DNA of 64,000 nucleotides from Gracilinanus agilis (Eukaryota), in assembly GCF_016433145.1 (NCBI RefSeq), contig NC_058133.1, forward strand, positions 457,899,366 through 457,963,365, written 5' to 3'. Under the pieces are notes generated by a model. It did not search any database and was not told the DNA's origin. It worked only from the letters and a program-made list of their open reading frames with translations. Shown one piece after another: positions 1 through 12,649 of the stretch. The first letter of the stretch is position 1. Each line of letters opens with the position of its first letter. Made by a program: the position numbers and the translations under genes.

Positions 1-47
1 ACCCCACTGCTCCTGGTTGTTGCTGTTCCTGTGACAGAGTATGTATT

Positions 48-200
48 TGGAACCCAAGGACCTGAGTTCAATCCTGGCTCTGTTCCTACTCGTGTGACCC
101 TGAGCAAGTCTCTTAATCTCACTGGGGCTCAGTTTCCTCTTTTGTGAAATAATGTTCTAGACAACCTTTAAAGATCTTCTCCATTCTAAAACTATGATCC
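48..200 (+). mobile_element. MIR-type SINE fragment
   Basis: Core 'gacctgagttcaatcctggctctg...gtgaccctgagcaagtc...cagtttcctc' and 'ttctaaaactatgatcctat' tail; boundaries approximate. Confidence 0.6.
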
Positions 201-468
201 TATCTTCTTAAGACTTTTTAAGAACTATGGAAGAAGAAAGCAAGGGAAAGGCAGCTACCTAGCCTGCTATCACAGTAGTCTGAGATGATCTGAACCTGGA
301 AATAGGGTGGTGGAAATTGATAACAATTTAAACCCATTAATGTTTTGTTTTCATGAAATCTTTTAAGTAATATGTGAAAATTATAAAAACATGTTGTGAA
401 GAGAGCAATATCTTACTCCTTTCCCCCATAGAAATTGGACTGGCTTTTCCTTAAAAAGTATTGAAACA

Positions 469-665
469 GGGGCAGGTGGGTAGCTCAGTGGAGTGAGAGC
501 CAGGCCTAGAGACAGGAGGTCCTAGGTTCAAACCCAGCCTCAGCCACTTCCCAGCTGTGTGACCCTGGGCAGGTCACTTGACCCCCATTGCCCACCCTTA
601 CCAATCTTCCACCTATGGGACAATACACCGAAGTACAAGGGTTTAAAAAAAAAATTAAAAAAAAA
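469..665 (+). mobile_element. Young opossum tRNA-derived SINE (SINE1_Mdo-like)
   Basis: Head 'gggcaggtgggtagctcagtgg...ggttcaaacc', A-tail, flanked by aaaaagtattgaaaca (453-468, 666-681); about 96% identical by eye to the copy at 38132-38319. Confidence 0.9.
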
Positions 666-681
666 AAAAAGTATTGAAACA

Positions 682-872
682 GGGGGCAGCTGGGTGGCTC
701 AGTGAGTTGAGAGCCAGGCCCAGAGACAGGAAGTCCTGGGTTCAAATATGGCCTCAGACACTTTCTAGTCCTGGGCAAGTCACTTAACCCCCTTTGCTTA
801 GTCCTTACCACTCTTCTGCCTTAGAACCAATACACAGTATTGATTCTAAGATGGAAAGTAAGGGTTTAAAAA
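682..872 (+). mobile_element. Older SINE of the same superfamily, tandem to the previous copy
   Basis: Same head, tail 'ttctgccttagaaccaatacacagtattgattctaagatggaaagtaagggttt'; right TSD aaaaagtattgaagca (873-888). Confidence 0.85.
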
Positions 873-1325
873 AAAAAGTATTGAAGCATCCCTTGTGATT
901 GGCTGGCTCAGGGGACCAGGAGCTCAGACTTGTGACAGTACTTATTCCCCCTGAATGTTGTTTTCTCTTCAATTTGGTTGGTAGATTACAGTGGGGGGGG
1001 GGGGGGGAGGTAGGTCAGCAAAGGAGTTTCATCTAATTGAATCAGCTGAAGGTGTCCTCAATGTTTAATATCTTTCTCCTGCTCTACTTAAGTGAATCAC
1101 TTCTTTTTGAACTATTAAATTATTAACAAGTATCTAGTTTTGTTCTAATATCAGACCTAAACTACCAGGGGACTGGCCCTTCCAGGTGCCCTCTCCCTCC
1201 CCCCCCAAAGCACATGGAATATGGAAGGGTTTTTTTGTTTGTTGTGTTTGGGTTTTAACCACAATTCCCTGGTAAAATCCCAATCCGCTCTAGACTTAAT
1301 TCCTGTTTCTGTATGATTTTTTCAG

Positions 1326-1368
1326 AGTGGGATCTGGTGCATATGAACAAGTCGTGATCAAACGCTAA
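1326..1368 (+). CDS. FAM102B: Last coding exon of FAM102B/EEIG2 (phase 2): (R)VGSGAYEQVVIKR*
   Basis: Acceptor 'tttttcag' ending at 1325; the peptide matches the C-terminus I recall for human FAM102B; synteny with HENMT1 and PRPF38B supports it. Confidence 0.85.
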
Positions 1369-4300
1369 CATGGAGCTTTCCTGTGGATTTCAGAGCTGAA
1401 AATTAGATTTTGGGGGGTCTCTTTTCCCAAACTCTTGTGAGAAAATGTCCAGAAGATGAATTGGATTCTTCTTTAAAAAGAAAACAAATATTGGTTTGTC
1501 TTGTTCATCTCAAAGTGCCTCTTGTGCCATGAAAGGACACTTCAGAATGGTAGTACAAGGCACCATTACGCACCAAGGGCCATGTGTGGGCAAAAGTTGC
1601 AAATGTACATATTAGTGAAATACTTGCTTTTTATCTAGAAAACATCCTATTGTGGGAAGGAGGAAAAGAATGCTATATATTTTAAGTGTCGTTTCTATAT
1701 GTACATTCACAATCAGTGATAATTACTATATTTGGAATTTGGCTTTAAGAAGTTCCTCTTTTTAACTGACAAACATTTGTGAATCCAATTTATAAATTAT
1801 TCCTATATTAATAGTTTTTTAAGGAACTCTTCCTATATACTACCTATAATATCACTACCAAATTGTCATCAGTTTTCCAGGCAGTACTTAAAATATGGAT
1901 TTATGCTATTAGGGGAAAAAATACTTCTCTGGTCTAAAAATACAAACTTTTTGTTATTAGGTCTAAATTTATCGAACATAAATATGCCTTCAGTACTCAG
2001 GAACAGGTACATAAAAATTAAGAAAAGTGATTGGGATTGGCACCATCAAATGGAATTCTTGTATAAAATATTGCTTCTGTTTGCTAATAGCTATAGAAAA
2101 GCTATGGGCACTGCCACTCTGGAATTGTTTCCAAATAAGCTTTTAAGTTTAACATCCAATATATTAGGTCACCAGAAGTCACCTTGACCCAGCCAGGAGT
2201 TCATTTATCTCACAGAACAATGGAATCTACTGGTTTGGATACAAAAATGTCATCTCAGTGGAGCCTGGATGGTCTTTGGCCCTAAAGTTCAGCTCTATGT
2301 GAGCCTAGAAAATGAATCCAACATGGCACAGCATAAAGCAAAGCAGACCAGCCACTGCTCAGCACTGATGACATGGATGTGTTTCTTCTATCAGCCCTCT
2401 GTGGTCAGGTATTAAGAAGTTTTTTCCTTAACATGCCCAAAGGTGCCTTGAGAAAAAAGAGGCTAAGGAGAACCACATCAAAGAATACAGAGACTATGCA
2501 GCCAATTTCCACTTAATTATGGGATATGAGTCATTTCTAATGGGCACAGGGGAAGCAGTTGACACTGTAGTATACATGTTAGAACTTCACCCTTTTCATT
2601 CTGGGTCATTTAATCACTGTAACAAAATGTTAATTCTTAATGAGTAATTCAGAGCCTCTTAACTCCCAGACCTGACATGTAGTGTCCAAGAAAGGCATTG
2701 CATTAAAATGTCTGGAAATAGAATTTTTTTGGCAAAACTATTTTCATTATTTAGAATAAATTAGGGAGTAATTATAATATTTATTTAAATGAAAGCCATT
2801 TTTTATATTCGAGTTTTATTTTTAACCTACTATATAGAGGTTTAGAACAGTTATAATAGCAAATGTTGGGACTTAACTGTTTTTCTTGTATTCCATTGTT
2901 TCATATATGTATTCTAAGGTTGCTTTGGCCCAGTGCTATTTTTTAAGTGTAAGACCTGAGCTGGATTGGGGGGAAGAGGGGAGAGGGTAGGCAGATGGAA
3001 CTAGGCTTCTGATTTCATTAGTTTAGGAAATTCTTGGAATCAATATTCATCCTGCCAAAGCATATTAAAATAAAGGGAAGGTAATATTTATTGAAGAATG
3101 CTTAGAATGATAATGGTTTGGGTTACCAGAATCATTATTTAGAAATTCTTTTGGAGAAGCAATCATTGAGAATGAAAAAAAGCTTATTTTAAAGGTGATA
3201 AAAAGTTTATTTGCAAACACATAATACAGACTGCCCCATATATTATAGAAATCATTGTAAAAAGTAAAGGACAATTTTAATAGAGAGCCAAAAGTATTGT
3301 TTTAAAAAGAACTATTTCTTAATGGCATAACACTGAGAAACAGATATTTTTCTATTACCCAAATATTGTTTCTAGGTTATATTTTTTATTGGAGTTACAA
3401 ATGTTGGCTATGTTGTATGAAGATGAGAGCCAGAATGTGTTTCCATAGTGCAATACTATTTTAAAATAAATAACAATAAAGTGTGGAGAGAAATGGAAAA
3501 ACTAAAAATCATATTTTTATTTTAAAAATCTAATAGTTACCAGTAAATCTTGCTCTTGGAACTGTCAAATACAAAGTTGAAAAATGTTTTAATGAACATA
3601 AGCATTAATTAGGAGAGGGGGAAAAGCACTTGTAAGTGCCTTTAGAATATGAATTCAGTGACAGACTGTTACAACATTTTATTTCTCTATCATGTTCCAT
3701 TAGTATTGCATTCATGGATTTTAAAAAAAAAACTTTCTCTAGCCTTGGTACAAATTTTGTATTATTTAATGTTTTGATTAAACATCTGCATTCCCTTTCT
3801 AGTTTTATTCACCTAGAGCTCCAGTTGCCTCAGAACCTCACAGTAGTCATCAAGTATTTTTAAAGCCACAAGTCTAATTTTTATTCTAACTTACAATTAG
3901 AAAATTGAATTCTAAGAATTAGTTGCAGTTTTAGTAAATTTTTTAAACATTAAAAAAAATTCAAATACTTAGGACCAAAGAAGTTTTAGAAATCTGAAAG
4001 AGGGAAATAATGTTTTTCTTTTTTTCTGATTCTGTCCCAAAGAAGAGCATTAGGATATTCTTAAGGAATATAATTATATTTTAAAGTGTTGGGGAAAAGC
4101 AACAGTAAAGATGAGGAAAAAAACTAAAAGGATATGTTTCTGAGGAGTCTATCTGTAGATGTCAATCTGAATGCCCATTTTCACAAGGCCAAGCATGGTT
4201 CCCCAAAATCAAAAAAGATCTGAAAAAAACACATGGAAAACTCTTTCTAATCTGGCAAACTTTCTAGCAGGACAGAATGGACCCCAAACACTAATGCCTC

Positions 4301-4404
4301 ATTTGAGCTCATTCCAAGGACACACCAACAATAATGTTAATACCCAAACCTCTAATACCTCTAAGAATGCTTTGCTTTTATGTAGTAGGAGAAACAGGCA
4401 CAGA

Positions 4405-4850
4405 GGATGGTAAAATCAAAGATTTAGAGTTGGAAAGAACCTTAAAGTTTAGTTATGTCATTTTACAGATGAGGAAACTGAAGGCCCAAGAGGTTGTGTG
4501 TGGCATTCCCAAGGTCACACATTCAGTATCTGAACCAGGTCCTCTGGCTCCAAGAACACCAGAAGCCTTTAAATTTAACCTAGTAGTAGTTTGAATGGAG
4601 TAAACATCCCAGCAGACTCCAATGAAAACACACTCAAATAAGATAACATTGAATGTCTTCCAGATGGTCAGTGAAATAATCTGGATTTAATTACCAACAT
4701 TTGAGTCAATGTGGTGTTAGTCAAACAGAGTGGGAGTCAGGAGACAGAGAAGTTTTTAATCCTGGCCTTGCAAATTATCCCTCCTCTCTGGGCATCAGTT
4801 TCTGTGTAAAATGAAATATCTGGACAAAGAGGTCTCTGAGGTTCGAGATT
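4405..4850. mobile_element. Two MIR-type fragments (about 4405-4560 minus, 4715-4850 plus)
   Basis: 'cattttacagatgaggaaactgaaggccc...aaggtcacac' and 'ggagtcaggagac...ctctctgggcatcagtttctgtgtaaaatg' MIR cores. Confidence 0.6.
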
Positions 4851-6094
4851 AAAATATCCATTTTAAATTTCCTTTGTTGCAAAACTTGGTAGCCATGTTC
4901 AAAGCTGATAAGGTACTGAATAATTTAGTGCAGATTGTTCTTACAGGCTAGTTTAAAAAGCTCCAAAGCAGTTCTGATTATGTAATAACATTGAAGTATG
5001 AGACTTCCAGAATACAGTAGTACCACTCTCATTGATGAGATGCTATTGGAGTTTATCTCTTTCTGAGAAGGTTTTTTCACATAGTTCTTGAAATCTGACA
5101 TGATCTTTATAGCAACTAGTGATTGTTCCCTGCCATCAAGGAATGATAACATTGTCCGTTACTCTTTCTATGGATGGTGCTTCATGTGGAAAGTCTCTAA
5201 CTTGATTATGATTTTCTTCTGCCCTAACATTTTTCTAGGTACAGTGCATAACTTAATAGTTTTAGTAGAGGAAGAAGAAGCACTTCTATTCAATGTTAAT
5301 TTTTGTTTATTCAGTTAACAAAATCATTGTTAGTTCTTCATTCTTGACAAGAAATTCCTAGCCTCTTACTCTCAGATCTGATACACTGTGTCCAAGAAAG
5401 ATTTTGCAGGTACAATGTACCTGCATTATGAGGAATTAAATAAAAGTCTATTAAATCATTTAAAATGCACTAATGAAATGGACATATAGTCAAACCTACC
5501 TTAAGAGACCACCCCAGGAATATTCCCTAATTTTGGAATTTTCCTACTTAAGATGACACAGTAAGCATTAAATATTTGGCTGGTCTTAAGCCAGTTTCCT
5601 TAGAGACCAAAACTGGCAAAGGCCTTAAACTCTGTGGACAATATATATTTTGTTTCCAGATTTCTGCGGTTATCTTCTATTATTAAAAACCCAGAAATAT
5701 CTTGCCAATTTTGGTGGAATTACATGAGCAGGGCACTTTGTACCTATTCCATTTGGTTACTCTTTGGGAATCATTACAGTCAGCGTCCCCTTCCTCTTGA
5801 AGGTTGATTCAGTCTGTGGAAAGAAACACAGACAAACCCAAAGAGGTAGATGTGTTTTATTGGTTAATTGTGAAAATTTTTATCAATAAATAAATATATA
5901 TATATACATATGTGTATTTTGATGAAGTGAGTCCATAAGTATTCTGCTGTGATACTTGGGGAATGACCTTCATATTTAAATATCATACTCTTTTGCTTAA
6001 ACTGTACAATGACAAATCCAGGAAAATGTAATTTTTTAAGCTGATTTTTTTATTGTAAAGTATTTGTAATAATGTAAAAGTCTTACAAATGTTC

Positions 6095-6100
6095 AATAAA
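6095..6100 (+). terminator. Candidate distal polyadenylation signal of FAM102B
   Basis: AATAAA preceded by U-rich and UGUA elements ('attgtaaag','tttgtaat','atgtaaa') and followed by 'gtttgg'. Confidence 0.5.
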
Positions 6101-8054
6101 AATCATGTCTTAAAAGTTTGGCTATATTAATATAGATAGAAAGTGGGAGATATCCCCTCTTTACCTCAGAAAGTTGGAAAATGAAGGATTCTAAATTTAC
6201 AGATCTAGGTATGTCTTCCTCTCTAAAGCTTTCCTTGTATTCCACTAGAAAAAATTTATAGAAAATAATTGTTACCAACTTCATTTTACTTCTTTAGCTC
6301 TATATCCCAGCCCTCTCTAAATCATCCTACCTAGTTTTATCCATGAGAATAAGTACTGGACCTATAATTTCACTGGTGATGGGGAAGCTCCTTCTACAGT
6401 GCAAATCAGCACCTTTTCTATAACCTGAAGTCTTAGTTTCCTAAAGCCCTGAAAGCTTACTTAATCAGGGGTCCATACTATAAGTAACTGGTAGTTTCCA
6501 GGCCAATTTTTCTCCAGTGCTGTTTGATAATCAGTGCAAGGTCCTTCCCATTGTAATATACAGCAGGAGTGACTTTCTCTGCTCCCTTATTGGGTCAGTA
6601 TTCTATCCTCACCCTGGACATGTTCTATTGCCACCACAATTTGTTGATGGATCATGCACATATTATCTGAGGTAATGCTGTTAAAACTCTGTTGTGTATG
6701 ACCAGCAGCTCCTGACTGATTGTTGCCCATTCCTGTGAATGGGCCTGTATCCAAGAGAACTGGAGAATGGGGCAGAAAATGCTGCCCATTCAGTAAGCTA
6801 CAAGGAATAGAGACAGTTTCTAGCATCCTTCAAGGAGACGTCTTTGTAAGAACACATCCAATGTCAGATCTCTTTTGGATTTCCAGTGAAGAGAAGGGGA
6901 TTTCTCTGCACTATCTTCTCAGACAACAGTGGTGACAATAGCAGACTCAAGACTGAATCCAAGAAAAATGATGAGGGAGAGGGAGGTGGAATGAGTCCTG
7001 GCCCCTTCTATCACTTCTGTTACATGTAGATAACTAAGAATTCATTGCCCTATTTATTTAGTAGAGAAAAATAGGGTATTTCATGGGATTCATTAGGTCC
7101 TCTCTCCTGATCCAGTGAATTTTAAAATCAAGAAAATTAAAATGTTAAAAGTAGAAAGGAACCAAAAAATCTCAGGGTTGGAAGGGACCTGCAACCCATA
7201 GCTGAACAAGAATCCATCCCAATCATCATCCTCTACTTGAAGTTGTCTAGGGAAGGAGAAACCACTATCTTTCAGAGCAGTCCATTTAACCTTTAAATTA
7301 CTCTACTTCTTGGGAAAAATCCCCTACATTAAAACTTGCCTCTGCAGTTTTTGACAGTTATTCCTAATTCTGTCCTTTTTTGGAGCTAAGCAAACAAGGC
7401 TAATCTTTCATCCATATGATGGATTCATTGAAACTTCCCTGGTAATAGAAAAACTGTTGAGCAAATGACCACATGTAATTACAAATATGTGGAGTGTTGA
7501 ATCGAGTTACTAAATGGAGATGAGTCCCATCTCTCTACTTAGAGAAGTAAGTTTTAACATCTGTTCTCAAGAGAAGAGATTTGTCCTTAAATTCATTGTA
7601 GTTTTAAGTTCCTCTTAGTACATTAGTCATTCTGTGTATTCTCCTGGTTCTGCTTACTTCATTCAGCATATTGAATATAACAAACAGACCAAAAACATCA
7701 CTACAAACACATATATGTATTTTTTAAGTAGGTCAGTGGAATACAATAAAGTATAGCTCCATCCCCCATTAATACAAACAAAAGCCCAAACCTTTCAGAT
7801 CAATCAAAAGCAGAGGAGCAAACACTTGGTCATTTTAGGAAAACTGAAGTGTTCTGATCACTGGATAAAGACATGATACAACACAGACAATATCTTATGA
7901 TTGGCTGAAAGGATAAGGAGAAAAAAATTTTAATTAAAAAAGAAGACACCTCTGAGTTTATCTGCAATACAATAAGCCAGTTTAAAATGGCATTTTGTAG
8001 CAATAGGTCAATGAATGGTGACTGGATCTGGAAGTTAAGAATTCCTGAGGAGTT

Positions 8055-9445
8055 GCGTGCTGGAAGCTAAGATGGCAGCATAAAGGATGCTCAGTTCACC
8101 CAAACCTTCCAAACAAACACAAAAATAGGAAAAAAAAAAAAAGCAAAACAACAAAAAGTAGGAAGGATATGACTCACTGGGTTTAGAGAGGAGAATAGCC
8201 CAATGGTGTGCTGCATGAAGGGAGCCTGCAGAATGAACACCAGCCCGAAGGCTTCCACCTGGCCTGAAGGCAATAAGGTACCAACAGGGAAGCAGCTGGT
8301 CTAAGGCAACAAAACAGTGAACAGGGAGAAGCACAAGACCAGCCCTATAGTAGCCTGGGATAAGGAAACTTCAGAGTTGGGAATAGCCCTACATAGGACC
8401 TAAGGTAACAAAACCAATGAGGGGGAAAGGGGAGTAGATTAATGCCAGCTCTGTCTGCTTCCACATGATATGAGGCAATGAAAAATTAGAGCTATGAACA
8501 GCCCTAGGAGTTGCCAAACAGCCTGAGGTAACAAAACAGCAGATCCAGTAGCAGCACTATGCTTCCAAATAATCTGAGGCAACAAGACAGCAGAGTGGAG
8601 GAGGAGCAGCCCAACATAAGAGACAGCAGGGAAACTGAAAGAAGGGGGGGGGGGGGAAGAATCCAGCTGGATAAAACTGCTGCAATCCTCCCCACAAGAA
8701 GGCAGGCATACCCCAAGCACCAAAGAAGGCTTCACTGCAAGCTTGGAACAGTGCTCCCTCCACCCCTGGAGAAGAGCAGAACCTCAACAGATAGACAAGG
8801 TAACAAGGAAGGGGGAAAATCACTAGAAAATTACCAAAAGAACCACTGAAGAAAACAATTCTCTAAAGACTAGAATGGGTCAAATGAAACAAAGGCCAAA
8901 AAAGGCCCAAAAAAAGGCCAAGAAACAACTCCCAAAAGACTAGAATGAACCAAATGAAAAAGGAAACACAAAAGCTCAAGGAAGAAAATTACTCCCTAAA
9001 AATTAGAATTGAGCAAATGGAAGCTAATGACTCCATAAGGGATCAGGACATATAAGACATAATCAAAAGAAAGGGGGAAAAAAAGTAGAAGAAAAACTGA
9101 AATATCTCACTAGAAAAGCAACTGACCTGGAAAATAGATCCAGGAGAGATAATCTAAGAATCTTCAGAATACCTTAAAGCTATAATCAAAAAAAGATCTG
9201 GACAACATAATGCAAGAAATCATGAGGGGAAAGTGCTTTGATATCCTCAAACAAGAGGGGAAAATAGAAATTAAGAGTCCACTTATCACCTACTGAAAGA
9301 GATGCTATCTCAGGACTATTACAGCAAAATTCAAAAATTCTCAAACTAAGGAAAAAGTACAGCAAGCAGCCAGAAGAAAATAATTCAAATGTGCTGCATT
9401 CAGAGCCACATCTGGAGCCAGTCAGGGTTACACAAATATGGTACT
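8055..9445 (+). mobile_element. Degenerate L1 (or HAL1) 5'UTR plus ORF1, no ORF2
   Basis: 5' YY1-type AAGATGGC at 8069-8076; coiled-coil-type repeats 8860-9020; ORF1-like 'gacctggaaaatagatccaggagagataatctaagaatc' (DLENRSRRDNLRI). Confidence 0.75.
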
Positions 9446-9899
9446 GATTGAACCAGGAAAAGCTTTGAAGATCTGATCAATTTGGAACAGAAGTCCTACT
9501 GGCAGAAGTCTCCAGCAATTATTCTAGAGTTCATTGGAGAGAATGACCACCACCAAGAATTGCCCCAAGCTTGGCCATTTCAACAGAAAACAGGTACCCA
9601 GAGTTGTTTTGACAGTGTAGAGATGAAGTTAATGGAAAGTATTAGCAATACCACAGACAACTTTATGTCCTTGTGAGGTTTAAGTATCTACCTTCCAGCA
9701 GAATCTAACAATATTCAATCCAGTTTGTCATTCCATATGCCAGATTTTGTGTTTAACATTTCCTTCATGTATTAGAACAAATTAATTACCTGTTCCACAT
9801 TTGATTTGTATTACAGATTGAATACTTTAGAGGGAAAACCTAAACATGAGCCATAACTTTTGTAAACTTGTCTCTATGGCACTGAGTTGGGAGTTCAAC

Positions 9900-10410
9900 A
9901 ATCAGATTGTAATTTCCCTCTCCAATGTTATTTTCCACAGATCTACAATCTTCAAGTGCAGGTCTGACCACACTATTCTCCTCCTCAAGAATTTTCAGTG
10001 GTTCCTTATTGCCTCTGGACTAAATACAATTTCCTTTTATTGTCATTCAAAACTTTCACAACAAAGCTGCAGACCGCCTTTCCAAACATTTATTATTCCA
10101 CTATTTTATATTGCAGCTAAAACTGGTTTACTCACTCTTCCCTCTGAGCAGGCTGTCCTAAATCACTTCACCTCAGCCTTTTAGAATTCTTAGCTTTCAA
10201 AATTGAACTTGTCAGTCCTATGGGTAATCTTTCCTGATTTCCATCCTCTTTCTTGTTAGTGTTCTGTCCTTTCTCAAATTATCTTATTTACTGATATTTA
10301 CAAGTGGTACTCCTCAAAAGACTAAGCTCCTAGATGGCAAGACTTTGTCTCTATATCCTCAGCACAAGCCTTGCATGTAGTAGGTATAAATTATTTGAAA
10401 TGAATTACTG
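9900..10410 (+). mobile_element. L2 3' region fossil
   Basis: 'caggtctgaccacactattctcctcctcaagaattttcagtggttccttattgcc' and an L2-type tail at about 10360-10410. Confidence 0.65.
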
Positions 10411-11856
10411 GTTCTATTTGGTACTAGAGGACAATATCAGAAGAAAGAGATAGAAAATACAAAGGATAAGTTTTAGACTTGATATGCAGAAAAACATCCC
10501 AACAATCAGCTGTTCAAAAGTAGAACAGGTTCACTTAAAAGGTAGAATTTACAAATTATTTGGGGATAACTGTTAGGCGTGGACTGGACTAAATGTTTTC
10601 CAAATTACTTTTCAACTCAGAATCTTCATGAAATGTTAGGCAACTGAAGTTTCCAGAATCCTTGAAGAACCTACCTGTTCATATAGTCCTGGATGACAGT
10701 TCTGATTTTCACTTAAGTCATTTTAAATATTACTTCCTGACCAAACAGGTAAATTCAAGTCAATTTTACAACATTTTAATAAACATAGGAAGATTTTTCA
10801 TATCACACAAAGCCTTGACTTTCCTATTCTGACATGTTTATCTTCTGGCTACTCTTGGTTTTCAGCTTTGACATAGCAGTCTCTGGTTTCTGATATATCA
10901 CATTTGTTTCTATGCCTACAAACCACAATCAGGGTATGTAAGGCAAATGTTTACTGTCAATCGCTAATATTTTCTGGTTGTACGGTACTAGAAAATGAAG
11001 GAATCCCTGTTGTAACTGATGCAAAGACAATGTGGCTAAGTGTTTAGAACTAGCCTTGGAGCCAGGAAGGCCCGGATTCAACTCTCAGGTCTGACACATG
11101 CAGGTGAGATGTTCCCACGATGTTTCTTCTTCAGTAAAGTCACAGGTCCAATCCTTATCCCTTTTCAATATAGTTCTGGTAACACAAATACAAAAAAATA
11201 GGAAGACAAATCAAGATGCCTTGCAGTAGAGATGAAAGCTTTTTAAAAGTGGTGGGAGGGTGGGTAAAGGAAGAGTGTACTGGGAGAAACACCACTTCCT
11301 AAAGCTGGACTCCCTTTACAAGAAGAATATTCACTTTGCTATTCATCTCATCTAAGTGTCTGAGAGGTCAACGCCATAACATTTCTTCCTCCCCCTATAT
11401 ATACTACATACAGCTCACATAAAAAATTTCCTATTTCTTGAATCCATAATTCCCTATCTATTCATCTCACACATTACTTCCTCAGCTTCCATAATCAAAT
11501 ACATCATCTCATCTTGTTCTGTTTTACAATATATGCATGGTCATTTTTAAACTCGTAAATAGGATTCCCTTTAGCTCCAGAGAAGACAAAACAAAAAGAA
11601 AATATAACAGGCCTTTGCAAGTACAAGTGGGAAGAGGGCAAAGCAAAGAAGCAGCTGACAAATCCTTCAGCCGTGTTGCCAAATCACTTTGTCTTGAGTA
11701 AACTCAGTATCTATCCTAAGAGTTCCAATGGAAAAAAAATGTCTCACTAGGGAATTTTTGCTATTAATGCTTAGCATAGAAGGGCATAATCTGTCTCCAT
11801 GACAGGTGCTTCTACTCACTTGCTTCTGTTAAAGGTCAGACTAAGGAAGTTTGAAC

Positions 11857-12020
11857 CAGAGGTGTCAAATCAAGAACCAAATTAAAATGTCACTGGGACA
11901 TTTTTAACAAAATAAATATACAATAGAATATGAAAAATGATAATATGTGGTCTTTTCTAAGTAAGTACGTAACTCCAGGGACCCTTATGTATGATTTAAT
12001 GGCTCCATTTAACACCACTG
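11857..12020. mobile_element. Old hAT-type MITE (related copy at about 23372-23573)
   Basis: TIRs cagaggtgtcaaa / tttaacaccactg (11/13); degenerate 8-bp flanks gtttgaac / gtttacaa; similar interior ('aaccaaattaa') in both copies. Confidence 0.5.
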
Positions 12021-12124
12021 GTTTACAATATCAAGAATTTAAATTTAACCAAAAACACTAAACTGATAAAAATTGTCCTAAGATTCCCACAGGGGAAAAA
12101 AAAACAGCAAAGCCCATTAAAAAG

Positions 12125-12130
12125 TTTAAT
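12125..12130 (-). terminator. Candidate HENMT1 polyadenylation signal (ATTAAA)
   Basis: About 90 nt past the stop and followed about 20 nt later by a U-run on the minus strand; I found no minus-strand AATAAA until 10036. Confidence 0.4.
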
Positions 12131-12220
12131 TCCCTAAATTTGTGAAAACAACAACAATGGCTCAGTAATGATCTTTGTGGTCTTCCTCATTAAAGCCACC
12201 ACCATTATGCTCCTTCCCAT

Positions 12221-12649
12221 TTAGTGATCCAAATCATAGTCATCCCCATCATTGTCATTCAAATCACAGTCCTCTTCATCGACAATGTTAATCATGACAG
12301 AAGAACCATCACTGCTTAGTGTTACTTCATCAGCAATTAGCATTTTTAACGTCTCAAGGTCACCACACAGGTGTTTTATTTTGGGGAAAGAGAAAAGCCT
12401 TTCCAGAGGTACATAAAATACATTTTCAATACAGAATGGCTTGGGGGTCTCCTCAGTGGGGTCATTTTTGAACTCATCACATTCAGGTTGGACATATTCA
12501 GGCTCATCACAACCATCACTGTCATTCTTCATCTTGAGACTCTCGAGTAGATCTCTCTTCATTTTTAAGATGTGAGAAAAAACTTCATTGGACACTGCCT
12601 TCCGAAGGTACTTCTCTTCCTTCAAGCTTGGATATATCACTGTACCAAC
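12221..12649 (-). CDS. HENMT1: HENMT1 exon 8 (last coding): VGTVIYPSLKEEKYL...SSDGSSVMINIVDEEDCDLNDNDGDDYDLDH*
   Basis: Acceptor 'ccctccag' (AG 12651-12650), phase 0; YPSL, PFC..FYVPLERL and LSSDGS match HENMT1; 429 nt including TAA. Confidence 0.93.
   Translation of the reverse strand, partial: VGTVIYPSLKEEKYLRKAVSNEVFSHILKMKRDLLESLKMKNDSDGCDEPEYVQPECDEFKNDPTEETPKPFCIENVFYVPLERLFSFPKIKHLCGDLETLKMLIADEVTLSSDGSSVMINIVDEEDCDLNDNDGDDYDLDH

Larger units (their letters stand above)
1369..6120 (+). other. FAM102B: FAM102B 3'UTR (predicted extent)
   Basis: AU-rich and mostly unique sequence after the stop; AATAAA at 3465-3470, 3475-3480, 5885-5890 and 6095-6100; Pumilio-type TGTACATA at 1604-1611. 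The end point is inferred. Confidence 0.55.

Noticed and set aside
469-560. tRNA-like A/B boxes (here and in the other SINE heads)
   Set aside because: tRNA-derived SINE heads; no cloverleaf, so not tRNA genes.
506-811. 101-aa ORF
   Set aside because: Antisense read-through of two tandem SINEs.
992-1010. Poly-G runs (also about 8644, 22653 and 62325)
   Set aside because: Isolated homopolymers; could be slippage or sequencing length error, with no supporting context.
8035-8849. Cluster of six overlapping ORFs
   Set aside because: All lie within a degenerate L1 5'UTR with purine bias; not genes.
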